A stretch of 64,000 bases of DNA from Armatimonadota bacterium (GTDB taxonomy: Bacteria; Armatimonadota; Chthonomonadetes; Chthonomonadales; CAJBBX01). Where the stretch lies: NCBI GenBank assembly GCA_026392115.1, contig JAPLCQ010000031.1:26776-90775 (forward strand), written 5' to 3'. A program made the translations under genes and the position numbers. This document shows positions 29,436-39,309 of this stretch, in pieces. The notes below the pieces were generated by a model that saw only the letters and a program-made list of their open reading frames with translations, did no database searches and had not been told where the DNA came from. Each line of letters starts with the position of its first letter. The first letter of the stretch is position 1.

Positions 29436-29834
29436 CTACATTCGCGCCGCGACGGACGGCTCAAGGGCGGCCGGCTGGGCCCTGCGCATGGAGACCGGCT
29501 GCAGGAGGTAGACACGGTCGGCGTCCTTCCACGCCGTCCGCTCCTTGCCCCAGAAGACCAGGTAGGCGAACTTCCCGTCTGTCGTGGGTCGCCATTCGTT
29601 GGCGCCCTGACCGGTGAACAGGACGATCCGCACGTAGGGTTTCACCGCGATGTCCTCGGTGAAGACGTACATGGCGTGTTGACCGAGTTCGGCATCCGCC
29701 GCCATGTATGAGTCGTCGCAGATCACCCAACCGCGCAGCGAGATCGTGTTCAGTCCGTGGTTTTGGAGCACCACATACTCGCCGGCGGGGTCGGCGCAGG
29801 GATGGATATCCTCGATTTTCAGCATGCCTAGCAC
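29436..29834 (-). CDS. Small lamin-tail-domain (LTD)-like protein with no signal peptide
   Basis: GEYVVLQNHGLNTISLRGWVICDD matches the LTD core pattern (E[YF]VEL.N.G...L.GW.L.D). 132 aa. Confidence 0.55.
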   Translation of the reverse strand: MLGMLKIEDIHPCADPAGEYVVLQNHGLNTISLRGWVICDDSYMAADAELGQHAMYVFTEDIAVKPYVRIVLFTGQGANEWRPTTDGKFAYLVFWGKERTAWKDADRVYLLQPVSMRRAQPAALEPSVAARM

Positions 29835-29895
29835 TCCCCATGGTGGCCGCGCCGAGCCCTGGACGGCGACCCGACGCGGCGGAGATAGTAGGGCG

Positions 29896-32673
29896 TTAGG
29901 AGCAGCCGAACACGGAGCCGCAGTTCAGACACTTGTAGCAGGCTCCGTTGCGAACCATCAGCGCGCCGCACTCCGCACAGGCGGGTGCGTCGGCTTGCAA
30001 CTGGAATATCTCACGTTCACGTGCCGTATAGGCCGAGACCGCGCCGGCCGCCGCCGCCTTGGGTGCGGCCTCAGGCGCAGGCTCGGACCCGTTCAGCGAG
30101 CGGGCGTCTGTCGGAGGCTGCGCGTCCCTGGGTAGGTACTTCTGGCCCAGCCAGCGGAAGATGTAGTCCGGGATCGACTTGGCGAAGCGGATGTCCGGGT
30201 TGGGCGTCATGCCCGACGGCTCGAACCGCATATGGGCGAACTTGCTCACCAGCGTCTCCAGCGGCACGCCATACTGCAACGCCAGCGAGGCCATGGTCGC
30301 GATGGTGTCCATGAGGCCGGAGATGGTCGACCCCTCCTTGCTCATCGTGAGGAATATCTCGCCGGGCGAGCCATCCTCGTACATGCCCACCGTTATGTAT
30401 CCCTCGTGACCGGCGATGCTGAACTTGTGGGTGATGGCCTTGCGCTCATCGGGCAGCTTCAGGCGCACAGGGCGCATCTCGGCGGCGACCGGTGCGGGCT
30501 CGTCCGCCTTGCCCTTCTCCTGCTCCTGCGGCTTGGTGTTCAGCGGCTGGGTGCGCTTTGAGCCGTCGCGGTAGATGGCGATAGCCTTGATGCCCAGGCG
30601 CCACCCCTCCACGTAGACCTCCATGATGTCCTCGGCCGTGGCGCTGTTGGGCATGTTCACGGTCTTGGAGATCGCGCCGCTGATGAACGGCTGGACGGCG
30701 GCCATCATGCGGACGTGGCCCATGTAGTGGATTGAGCGCTGGCCGTTGGCCGGCGTGAAGGCGCAGTCGAAGACCGACAGGTGCTCGTTCTTCAGGAAGG
30801 GCGCGCCCTCGATGGTGTCATTGGCGTCGATGTAGGCGATGATGTCCTTGACCTGCCTGGTGGTATAGCCCAGCCTGTGCAGCGCCTCGGGGACGGTGTT
30901 GTTGACGATCTTCATCACTCCGCCGCCCACGAGGCTCTTGTACTTCACGATGGCGATATCCGGCTCGACGCCGGTGGTATCGCAATCCATCATGAAGCCG
31001 ATAGTGCCCGTCGGCGCCAGGACGGTGGCCTGTGCGTTGCGGTAGCCGTACGTGGAGCCCAACTCGATAGCCGCGTCCCACGATGCCCTCGCCCCGGCCA
31101 GGATTTCGGCCGGCGCCAGGCGGGCGTCGATGGTCTCGATCGCCTGCCGATGCATGCGCATCACGTCGAGGAACGGTTCCCGGTTCGGCGCGTAGCCCTC
31201 GAAGGGGCCGCCGTGGTCGCGGGCGATGATCGCGCTCTGGTGATAGGCCTCGCCGGTCATGACGGCGGTGATGGCGGCCGCGATGGCTCGACCCTCGTCG
31301 CTGTCGTACGCCACGCCGCGGGACATCAGCAGCGCGCCGAGGTTGGCGTAACCCAGGCCCAGCGGGCGGTACTTCAGGCTGTTGGCCCAGATCGCCGGCG
31401 TGGGGTAGCTGGCGCACCCGACGACGATCTCCTGCGCGGTCAGCATCACGCGGCAGGCATGCTTGAAGGCCTCCACGTCGACGTCGCCGCCCTCGCGCCG
31501 GAACTTCATCAGGTTCAGCGAGGCCAGATTGCAGGCGCTGTCGTTGAGGAACATGTACTCGGAGCAGGGATTACTGGCGTGGATGCGGTCAGAGACCTTG
31601 CAGGTGTGCCACTTGTTGATCGTGGTGTCGTACTGCATGCCGGGGTCGCCGCAGACCCAGGCGCTGTCGGCGATGAGCCGCATGACCGACTCGGCGGAGC
31701 AGGTCTCGGCGGGATGGCGGTCCAGCACGGTGCGCGTCGTCCAGTCCTTGCCGTCGATGTAGGCGGTCATGAAGTCGTCGGTGACGCGCACGGAGTGGTT
31801 CGCGTTCTGGTAGTTCACTGAGTCGTACGCGCCGCCGGAGGCGTTGAAGTTGCCGTCGTAGCCCGCGTCGATGAGGGCCCAGGCCTTGCGCTCCTCGTCG
31901 GCCTTGCACGTGATGAACTGGCGAATGTCCGGGTGATCCACGTTCAGGATCACCATCTTGGCCGCGCGCCGCGTCTTGCCGCCGGACTTGATGACGCCGG
32001 CGAAGGCGTCGTAGCCGCGCATAAAGGAGACCGGCCCCGAGGCCGTGCCGCCGCCTTGCAGCCTCTCATGCGATGAGCGGAGCGTTGAGAAGTTGGTGCC
32101 GGTGCCGGAGCCGAACTTGAAGAGCATGCCCTCGGTCCGCGCCAGAGTGAGGATGCTGTCCATGGTATCGTCGACCGAGTTGATGAAGCAGGCCGAACAC
32201 TGCGGTTGCGGCTGGTCGGGCAGGCCCACGTTGAACCAGACCGGCGAGTTGAAAGCGGCCTTCTGATGCAGCAGCAGGTGGGTCAACTCGTCGCGGAACG
32301 CGGCTGCGTCGTCGGCTGTGGCGAAGTAGCCGTTCGTATTCCCCCACTCCGCGATGGTGTACGAGACGCGGCGGATGAGCTGGCGCACCGAGGTCTCGCG
32401 TTCGGGCGTATCCACGTGTCCGCGGAAGTACTTTGAGGCGACCACATTGATGGCAAGCTGCGTCCAGCCGGCCGGAGCCTCGATATCGGTCTGCTTGAAG
32501 ACGACCTGACCGCGCTCACCGGTGATAATGGCGCTTCTCGAGGCCCACTCTACGCTGTCCCACACATCGTCTGTGGCTCCGGTGAAGTAGCGCGAAACCT
32601 CCAGGCCCCGTGCGTCGCTGGTCTGGGTCTGCGTGCCGCCTTCCGTGCTTGCCTTGCCTTTGGGTCCCGGCAT
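29896..32673 (-). CDS. nrdJ: Class II (adenosylcobalamin-dependent) ribonucleotide reductase with a C-terminal zinc ribbon
   Basis: Active-site region NPCSEYMFLNDSACNLASLNL and the C-terminus CAECGALMVRNGACYKCLNCGSVFGCS. Lies downstream of nrdR. Confidence 0.9.
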   Translation of the reverse strand: MPGPKGKASTEGGTQTQTSDARGLEVSRYFTGATDDVWDSVEWASRSAIITGERGQVVFKQTDIEAPAGWTQLAINVVASKYFRGHVDTPERETSVRQLIRRVSYTIAEWGNTNGYFATADDAAAFRDELTHLLLHQKAAFNSPVWFNVGLPDQPQPQCSACFINSVDDTMDSILTLARTEGMLFKFGSGTGTNFSTLRSSHERLQGGGTASGPVSFMRGYDAFAGVIKSGGKTRRAAKMVILNVDHPDIRQFITCKADEERKAWALIDAGYDGNFNASGGAYDSVNYQNANHSVRVTDDFMTAYIDGKDWTTRTVLDRHPAETCSAESVMRLIADSAWVCGDPGMQYDTTINKWHTCKVSDRIHASNPCSEYMFLNDSACNLASLNLMKFRREGGDVDVEAFKHACRVMLTAQEIVVGCASYPTPAIWANSLKYRPLGLGYANLGALLMSRGVAYDSDEGRAIAAAITAVMTGEAYHQSAIIARDHGGPFEGYAPNREPFLDVMRMHRQAIETIDARLAPAEILAGARASWDAAIELGSTYGYRNAQATVLAPTGTIGFMMDCDTTGVEPDIAIVKYKSLVGGGVMKIVNNTVPEALHRLGYTTRQVKDIIAYIDANDTIEGAPFLKNEHLSVFDCAFTPANGQRSIHYMGHVRMMAAVQPFISGAISKTVNMPNSATAEDIMEVYVEGWRLGIKAIAIYRDGSKRTQPLNTKPQEQEKGKADEPAPVAAEMRPVRLKLPDERKAITHKFSIAGHEGYITVGMYEDGSPGEIFLTMSKEGSTISGLMDTIATMASLALQYGVPLETLVSKFAHMRFEPSGMTPNPDIRFAKSIPDYIFRWLGQKYLPRDAQPPTDARSLNGSEPAPEAAPKAAAAGAVSAYTAREREIFQLQADAPACAECGALMVRNGACYKCLNCGSVFGCS

Positions 32674-32733
32674 CTAGTCTCGATCCTCTCTATTCGTTGG
32701 CGGCGCCGCGAGCGCACGCGGCTACCGAATGGG

Positions 32734-33201
32734 TCAGGTCTCAGCGCGGCTCTTCCGCCGCAACATGTTGACGATCTCTCTAAACTGCGTGGCGTCCTCG
32801 AACTGCCTGTAGACGGACGCGAATCGCACGTAGGCTACCTGATCGATCTGCCGCAGGCGGGCCATGACGAGGTCGCCCACGTCCTGGGACGTGACCTCGC
32901 GCTCCAGCCTGTTGTAGAGCATGCGCTCGATGTCGTCCGCCGTGGACTCCATCTGCTCGGCGGTCACCTGGCGGCCGGTGCAGGCGATGCGCAGGCCCTT
33001 GAGAATCTTCTCCCGGCTGAAGGGCTCGCGCCGGCCGTCCCGCTTGACGACCAGAAGCGACTGCTCCTCGATCTGCTCGAAGGTTGTGAACCGCCTGCCG
33101 CACTGCTTGCACTCCCGCCTGCGCCGGACGGTCACGCCGTCGGGCGCCTCGCGGGAGTCGAGCACGCGGTCCTCTTTGTCACCGCAGAAGGGGCATCGCA
33201 T
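32734..33201 (-). CDS. nrdR: NrdR transcriptional repressor (zinc ribbon + ATP-cone)
   Basis: MRCPFCGDKEDRVLDSRE...CKQCGRRFTTFE followed by an ATP-cone. Confidence 0.95.
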   Translation of the reverse strand: MRCPFCGDKEDRVLDSREAPDGVTVRRRRECKQCGRRFTTFEQIEEQSLLVVKRDGRREPFSREKILKGLRIACTGRQVTAEQMESTADDIERMLYNRLEREVTSQDVGDLVMARLRQIDQVAYVRFASVYRQFEDATQFREIVNMLRRKSRAET

Positions 33202-33220
33202 GGTCTGTCTCGGGGTGCCA

Positions 33221-33267
33221 GTCTACCATATGTTGGGGCTGCGATGATGATATCACCCTACATGTGG
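33221..33267 (-). promoter_or_regulatory. Two weak NrdR-box-like AT-containing imperfect palindromes, 31 bp apart, upstream of nrdR
   Basis: On the minus strand: CCACATGTAGGGTGAT (33252-33267) and CCAACATATGGTAGAC (33221-33236). The spacing fits tandem NrdR boxes but the match to the consensus is poor. Confidence 0.25.
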
Positions 33268-33394
33268 CGTGTCAAGGGTTCCGGGCGCCATTGGACCAGA
33301 ACGTCGCGGGCCGCCACCCGGATTGCAGGACTTCGGCGTCGGCGCGTGCAATCATCAGGATGATCGACAACCCTCTCCACACTGGAGCACTGCC

Positions 33395-36300
33395 ATGCGC
33401 CTCGTTTCGACCCTTGCCCTGCTCATCGCGCTCTGCTCAATCCCTGCCGGCGCCGGTCCCACGTCCGCAAGCCTGGCGCGGGGCTTCCAGGCCCCGCCCG
33501 CGTCGGCGCGGCCCTGGGTCTACTGGTTTTGGCTGAATGGCAACATCACCCGCGAGGGCATCACCGCCGATCTGGAGGCCATGAAGCGCGTGGGGATCGG
33601 CGGGGTGCTGATCATGGAGGTGGACCAGGGCGCGCCGCTGGGCCCGGTCGCCTTCGCGGGCGAGCAGTGGCGGTCGATGTTCAGGCATGTGGTCTCGGAG
33701 GCCGCTCGGCTGGGCCTGAAGGTCAACATGAACAACGACGCGGGCTGGTGCGGCAGCGGCGGTCCGTGGATCACGCCCGAACTGGCTATGCAGCGGCTCG
33801 TCTGGACCGAGACGTCCGTGGAGGGACCGGGGCAGGTCGACCGGGAGCTTCCGAGGCCGGCTGCGGTAGCGGGCTACTACCGGGACGTGGCCCTCCTGGC
33901 CTACCCGACGCCGTCCGACCCGGCCCGCATCCCAGGCTTCAACGCTCGCGCAGTGGCCGACATCGTGGGCGTATCGCTTCCGGCGCTCGTGGACGTCCCG
34001 GCCGCGCCCGCGGCACGCGTGGTGCCGCAGAGCTCGATCGTGGATCTAACCCAGAGGATGGACTCCGGTGGGCGCCTGCGGTGGGACGTCCCGCCGGGAC
34101 GCTGGACCCTCCTGCGCCTTGGGCATACCCCCACGGGCGCCAACAACGCCCCGTCGCCTGAGTCGGGCAGGGGGCTGGAGTGCGACAAGCTGAGCAAGGA
34201 CGCCTCGCGCGCCATGTTCGAGGGCCTGATGGGCAAGCTGGTGGCCGATGTGGGGCCGCTGGCTGGCAAGGCGCTGGTGTCGACGCACATAGACAGCTGG
34301 GAGGTGGGCGTTCAGAACTGGACCCCGAAGATGCGCGAGGAGTTCCGGTCCCGCCGCGGCTACGACCCCATGGCATGGCTGCCGGTCATCACCGGTCGCA
34401 CGGTGGGCGGTGCGGAGCCATCCGAGCGGTTCCTCTGGGACTGGCGGCAGACGATCTCCGAACTGGTACTCGACAACTACGCCGGGGCGTTCCGCGCACT
34501 GGCCCACGAGCACGGCATCGGTCTCAGCATCGAAGCCTACAACACCTGCCCGACGGACGAAATGGCCTACGCCGGCCGCGCCGATGAGCCTATGGGTGAG
34601 TTCTGGTCATGGGGGAAGTACGGCGCGGCCTACAGCGTGCGCGAGATGGCCTCTGCGGGGCACGTCTACGGCAAGCCCATCATCGGCGCGGAGGCCTTCA
34701 CCGCGGCCGACGGCGAGGCGTGGCAGGGGTATCCGGGCAACATCAAGGACCTGGGCGACTGGGCCTTCTGCGAGGGGATCAACCGGTTTGTGTTCCACCG
34801 GTATGCGCTGCAGCCGTGGCGCGACGTCCGCCCGGGCATGTCCATGGGGCCGTGGGGGCTCCACTACGAGCGGACCCAGACCTGGTGGGAGCAATCGTCG
34901 GCCTGGCATCGCTACCTCTCCCGATGCCAGTATCTCCTGCAGCAGGGGCTCGTCGTGGCCGATACCTGCTTGCTCGGCCCCGAGGGCTCCCCGCAGTCGC
35001 TCAACGGCCAGGCGTCCCTGGCGTCGCTGGAGCGCCCGCCGTACAACTTCGACGTCTGCCCGCCCGACGCGGCGCTCACGCGGATGTCGGCCCGGGCGGG
35101 CCGGCTGGTCATGCCCGACGGCATGAGCTACCGGCTACTGGCCTTGCCGCGGGTGGAGGCGATGACGCCCAGGCTTCTGCGCAAGGTGCGCGATCTCGTG
35201 CGCGCCTGCGCCACCGTTGCGGGGCCAAGGCCGCGGAAGTCGCCCGGCCTGAGCGGCTTCCCGGGATGCGACGCGGAAGTGCGCAGGCTTGCGGCCGAGC
35301 TATGGGGCAGAGGCCCGACGCCGGCGGGCATCGCCGAACGGCGCGTCGGCAAGGGACGCGTCATCTGGGGATCGGCGTTTCTGCCGTCGGAACCTGCCGG
35401 CGCCGAGCCACGGCTTGCCGGCGCGGAGTGGATCTGGTATCCCGAGGGGCGTCCGGATGTCTCCGCGCCGCCCGCTCGCCGGTACTTCGCGCGTAGGTTC
35501 GACGTGGCGGACCGATCGGCTGTGCGCACGGCGAAGCTCGCGATCACGGCAGACAACGAGTTCCAGGTCTGGCTGAACGGGCGGCCGGCCGGCGAGGGCA
35601 ACGCCTTCAACCGTGTGTTCGTGGTTGACGTGGCAGGGCTCCTGGTAACCGGGGCCAACACGCTGGCCGTTGTGGCGGCGAACACCACCGATCTGCCGAA
35701 TCCCGCGGGGTTGGTCGCATCTCTGGAGATACGCTATCGTTCCGGTCGGGTGCAGGCCATCCGGTCCGGACGTGCCTGGCGGGCGGCATCGGCGGTCCCG
35801 GCCGGCTGGCCCTTCCCCGCGGCTCTGGAGGCCGGATGGTCGGATGCACTGGACTTGGGGCCGGTCGGCATGGCGCCCTGGGGCGATGTTGAGGCGGGCT
35901 CCACGGCGTCGGATTTGTACCCAGATCTGGACCTGATCACCCGGCTGCACCGGCGTATGGGCCTGCCGCCCGACTTCGAGAGCCGCACAGCCAACGGGCC
36001 CGCGGGCTTCCGGTACATCCACAAGGTGATCGCCGGGAACGACATCTACTTCCTCTCCAACAAGGAGCCCCGCGCTATGGAGGCGGTCTGCTCGTTCCGG
36101 CCGGCGGGGAAGCGGCCCGAGCTATGGTGGCCCGATACCGGCCGGACCGAGCGGACGGCAGTGTACGACCTTGCGCCCAACGGGACCATCCGAATGCCGG
36201 TTCGCCTGGGTCCCAGTGGCTCGGTCTTTGTCGTGTTTCCCGCCGGCGGGGCGGCAGAGCCCAACAGGATCGTGCGCGTCGACCGCGGCGGGGCGCAGGT

Positions 36301-37555
36301 CGCTTCGGCTGCGCTGCCTCCTGCCGTTGCCGCGTCCGCGGCCAACAGCTCGGCTCCTTCTCGGAGCTTCACGATCGCGGTCTGGGCCAGGCCAGGCGCG
36401 CCGACGACGCTGGTCCGCGAGACCAACCGCGGCATCAGCGGCCAGGCCGAGCCGCGCAACGATGCGCTCTACCCCGCGCCTGGTCACGAGGCGTTCGGCG
36501 ACTGGGGCAGCGCCGGCGTCGGTCTCGCCGTCGGCAGCAACGGTGTCTGCGTCTTCGAGCATGGCGCAGACCACTTCGCGCCGGTGCTGGTATGGCCGGC
36601 CGGCCTCACCACCTGGACCCACGTAGCGGTGGTCTACCGTGACGGCGTGCCGACGCTCTATCTGAATGGCCGCAAGGTGCATGTCGGGCTATCCAGCGCC
36701 CTCGTGGCCCGGTCCGGCCTTGGCGTGGCGCACGGAAGGTCCGTCGCCCCGTTCGCCGGCGAGCTCGGACCGTTCCGGCAGGCGGGTCGGTCCTTGTCGG
36801 ATGCCGAGGTCGCGCGGTGGGCCCGGTCTATGCCGCGCCCCAGGGGCAGGATGCCCGATGCTGCGGTCGCCGTTACCCGTGATGCGATGGGCAGGCTGGT
36901 GATCGAGTCGGGCGCGTCCGGCGCCTACGAGATGCATAGCGCCGACGGCAGCGTGCAACGCCTGGTTGTGCCCGGCCTGCCGACGGCGCGGACGCTCCAA
37001 GCGCCGTGGCAGGTGACGTTCGCCAAAGGCTGGGGAGCGCCGGAGAGGATCATCCTTCCGGCGCTGGCTTCGCTGGACCGGCATGCCGATCCGGGCGTGC
37101 GGCACTACTCCGGCGTGGCGTCCTACACGACCAGCTTCGCCATGCCTGCGGGCTCGCTCGCTGCCGGGCGGCGCTTCGAACTCGACCTGGGCGTCGTAGC
37201 CGTCATGGCCGATGTGACGCTGAACGGCCGCAAGCTCGGGACCCTCTGGCACGCTCCCTTCCGGTTGGATGTCACGAGCGCGCTCAGGTCGGGCCCCAAC
37301 GCGCTCAAGGTCGATGTGGCCAACCTCTGGGTGAACAGGCAGATAGGCGACGAGTCGCTTCCGGAGGACAGCGACCGAACGCCTGGCGGCACGCTTCGCT
37401 CCTGGCCCGAGTGGTTGCGGCAGGGCAAGCCCAGCCCCACGGGCCGCTTCACATTCACTAGTTGGCGCCTATGGCATGGGAACTCCCCGCTCGTGGAGTC
37501 GGGGCTGGTCGGGCCGGTGAAGCTGGAGGCGGTGCAGAGGGTGGTCGGACGCTAA
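33395..37555 (+). CDS. Secreted 1386-aa multidomain glycoside hydrolase: GH106-like N-terminus, rhamnosidase-N-like domain, LamG-like domain and a C-terminal GH2-type sugar-binding-like domain
   Basis: Signal peptide MRLVSTLALLIALCSIPAGA. FQAPPASARPWVYWFWLNGNITREGITADLEAMKRVGIGG. AEWIWYPEG...AKLAITADNEFQVWLNGRP. FTIAVWARP...WTHVAVVYRDGVPTLYLNG. Confidence 0.65.
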   Translation: MRLVSTLALLIALCSIPAGAGPTSASLARGFQAPPASARPWVYWFWLNGNITREGITADLEAMKRVGIGGVLIMEVDQGAPLGPVAFAGEQWRSMFRHVVSEAARLGLKVNMNNDAGWCGSGGPWITPELAMQRLVWTETSVEGPGQVDRELPRPAAVAGYYRDVALLAYPTPSDPARIPGFNARAVADIVGVSLPALVDVPAAPAARVVPQSSIVDLTQRMDSGGRLRWDVPPGRWTLLRLGHTPTGANNAPSPESGRGLECDKLSKDASRAMFEGLMGKLVADVGPLAGKALVSTHIDSWEVGVQNWTPKMREEFRSRRGYDPMAWLPVITGRTVGGAEPSERFLWDWRQTISELVLDNYAGAFRALAHEHGIGLSIEAYNTCPTDEMAYAGRADEPMGEFWSWGKYGAAYSVREMASAGHVYGKPIIGAEAFTAADGEAWQGYPGNIKDLGDWAFCEGINRFVFHRYALQPWRDVRPGMSMGPWGLHYERTQTWWEQSSAWHRYLSRCQYLLQQGLVVADTCLLGPEGSPQSLNGQASLASLERPPYNFDVCPPDAALTRMSARAGRLVMPDGMSYRLLALPRVEAMTPRLLRKVRDLVRACATVAGPRPRKSPGLSGFPGCDAEVRRLAAELWGRGPTPAGIAERRVGKGRVIWGSAFLPSEPAGAEPRLAGAEWIWYPEGRPDVSAPPARRYFARRFDVADRSAVRTAKLAITADNEFQVWLNGRPAGEGNAFNRVFVVDVAGLLVTGANTLAVVAANTTDLPNPAGLVASLEIRYRSGRVQAIRSGRAWRAASAVPAGWPFPAALEAGWSDALDLGPVGMAPWGDVEAGSTASDLYPDLDLITRLHRRMGLPPDFESRTANGPAGFRYIHKVIAGNDIYFLSNKEPRAMEAVCSFRPAGKRPELWWPDTGRTERTAVYDLAPNGTIRMPVRLGPSGSVFVVFPAGGAAEPNRIVRVDRGGAQVASAALPPAVAASAANSSAPSRSFTIAVWARPGAPTTLVRETNRGISGQAEPRNDALYPAPGHEAFGDWGSAGVGLAVGSNGVCVFEHGADHFAPVLVWPAGLTTWTHVAVVYRDGVPTLYLNGRKVHVGLSSALVARSGLGVAHGRSVAPFAGELGPFRQAGRSLSDAEVARWARSMPRPRGRMPDAAVAVTRDAMGRLVIESGASGAYEMHSADGSVQRLVVPGLPTARTLQAPWQVTFAKGWGAPERIILPALASLDRHADPGVRHYSGVASYTTSFAMPAGSLAAGRRFELDLGVVAVMADVTLNGRKLGTLWHAPFRLDVTSALRSGPNALKVDVANLWVNRQIGDESLPEDSDRTPGGTLRSWPEWLRQGKPSPTGRFTFTSWRLWHGNSPLVESGLVGPVKLEAVQRVVGR

Positions 37556-37625
37556 GCGGGCGCCACCCGGCAGGAATGCGCCTGCCGTCGGGCGAACCTT
37601 AGGCCGCCGATCAGGCACACTCAGG

Positions 37626-39299
37626 ATGGAGGCCCAGCCCATGGTCCCACGCGCCGGCGAGACCGACCCGCGTATACGCTCGTTCGTTCAGCCCGCTCGC
37701 GTCGTTTGGACGTCCGGCGCAGGCGTCACCGACCCCGAGGCGCTCCTCAACAGCGGCTCCGTCGGCACCGTGGAGGGGCCCGCCGCCCCGCCGCGCGCCT
37801 GCACGCTGACCCCTGCTTCCGGCTGCGAGGTGCCGGCGTTGCTGCTCGACTTTGGCTGCGAGTTGCACGGCGGCATTCGAATCGACGCGCCCGGAGGACC
37901 GGCCCAGCGTCCCCTCCGGGTGCGGATTCGCTTCGGCGAGTCGGCCTCCGAGGCCATGGGCGGACCGAACCAGGACCATACGCTCCACGACCTTGAGCTG
38001 GGCGTGCCCTGGATGGGACACCAGGAGATCGGCAACACGGGCTTCCGGTTCGTGCGCGTCGACCTGCTGGAGACCGACGCGCCCCTGCGCCTCAGCGGCG
38101 TCCGTGCCGTCTTCCTGCGGCGCGACCTGCCCTACCTGGGCTCCTTCGAGTGCGACGACGAACTGCTGAACCGCGTATGGCAGGCCGGGGCCTACACCGT
38201 CCACCTGAACATGCAGGATTTCCTATGGGACGGCATCAAGCGCGACCGCCTGGTCTGGATGGGCGACATGCACCCCGAGACGCGCGTCGTCTCCACGGTC
38301 TTCGGCGGCATCGACGTGGTGCCCCGAAGCATGGAGTACGTGCGCGACCGGACGCCGTTGCCCGGCTGGATGAACGGCATCTCCTCCTACTCGCTCTGGT
38401 GGCTCATCTGCCACCTGGACTGGTACCGCTACACCGGCGACCTGGAGACCGTGAAGGGCCAGGCCGGCTACCTGCCGCAGCTGGTGGATCTGGTGGCCCA
38501 GCTTGTGGGCGATGATGGCCAGGAGGGCCTGACCGGGATGCGCTTCCTGGAGTGGCCCACCAGCACCGATCCCACGGCCATCGACGCCGGGCTCCAGGCC
38601 CTCACCGTCCTGGCGCTGACGGCGGGGGCGTCGCTCTGCCGCCTCTTGGGCGAGTACGAGGTGGCCGGCCGCGCCGAGGATGCGGCCCGGCGCGCGTCGG
38701 CGGTGCGGCGTCCCGCGAGCCCCAGCAAGCAGGCGAACGCACTCCTCGTGCTTGCCGGCATGGCCGACGCCGCCGAGGCCAACCGGACGGTCCTTGCCGT
38801 CGATCCCTTCCGCGGCGTCTCGACCTTCTACGGCTACTACATTCTGGCGGCGCGCGCCCAGGCTGGCGATCACGCGGGTTGCCTGGACCTGATCCGCGCG
38901 TTCTGGGGCGGCATGCTGGAACTCGGCGCGACGACTTTCTGGGAGGACTTCAACCTCGACTGGACGCCCGGCGCCGCAGGCATCGGCGACCTGGTTCCGC
39001 CCGGCATGAAGGACATCCACGCGGACTTCGGCGACTTCTGCTACAAGGGCCTCCGACACAGCCTCTGTCACGGCTGGGCCGCCGGTCCCACCGCCTGGCT
39101 CACCGAGCACGTCCTGGGCCTGGCCCCCGCCGATCCCGGCTTCGCGACCCTCAGCGTGCGGCCCAACCTGGGTGGGCTGCAGTGGGCCCGCGGCTCCGTG
39201 CCCACTCCCATGGGCGTCGTGCACGTCGAACACCGGATCGACGCAGACGGCCAACTGCGCACCGACCTGGATCTGCCGCCCGGCATGCGGGTGGCGTGA
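37626..39299 (+). CDS. GH78-like alpha-L-rhamnosidase / six-hairpin glycosidase family protein
   Basis: WDGIKRDRLVWMGDMHPE and the C-terminal (alpha/alpha)6-like region ...FWEDFN...SLCHGWAAGPTAWL. Confidence 0.6.
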   Translation: MEAQPMVPRAGETDPRIRSFVQPARVVWTSGAGVTDPEALLNSGSVGTVEGPAAPPRACTLTPASGCEVPALLLDFGCELHGGIRIDAPGGPAQRPLRVRIRFGESASEAMGGPNQDHTLHDLELGVPWMGHQEIGNTGFRFVRVDLLETDAPLRLSGVRAVFLRRDLPYLGSFECDDELLNRVWQAGAYTVHLNMQDFLWDGIKRDRLVWMGDMHPETRVVSTVFGGIDVVPRSMEYVRDRTPLPGWMNGISSYSLWWLICHLDWYRYTGDLETVKGQAGYLPQLVDLVAQLVGDDGQEGLTGMRFLEWPTSTDPTAIDAGLQALTVLALTAGASLCRLLGEYEVAGRAEDAARRASAVRRPASPSKQANALLVLAGMADAAEANRTVLAVDPFRGVSTFYGYYILAARAQAGDHAGCLDLIRAFWGGMLELGATTFWEDFNLDWTPGAAGIGDLVPPGMKDIHADFGDFCYKGLRHSLCHGWAAGPTAWLTEHVLGLAPADPGFATLSVRPNLGGLQWARGSVPTPMGVVHVEHRIDADGQLRTDLDLPPGMRVA

Positions 39300-39309
39300 G
39301 GAGCAGACC

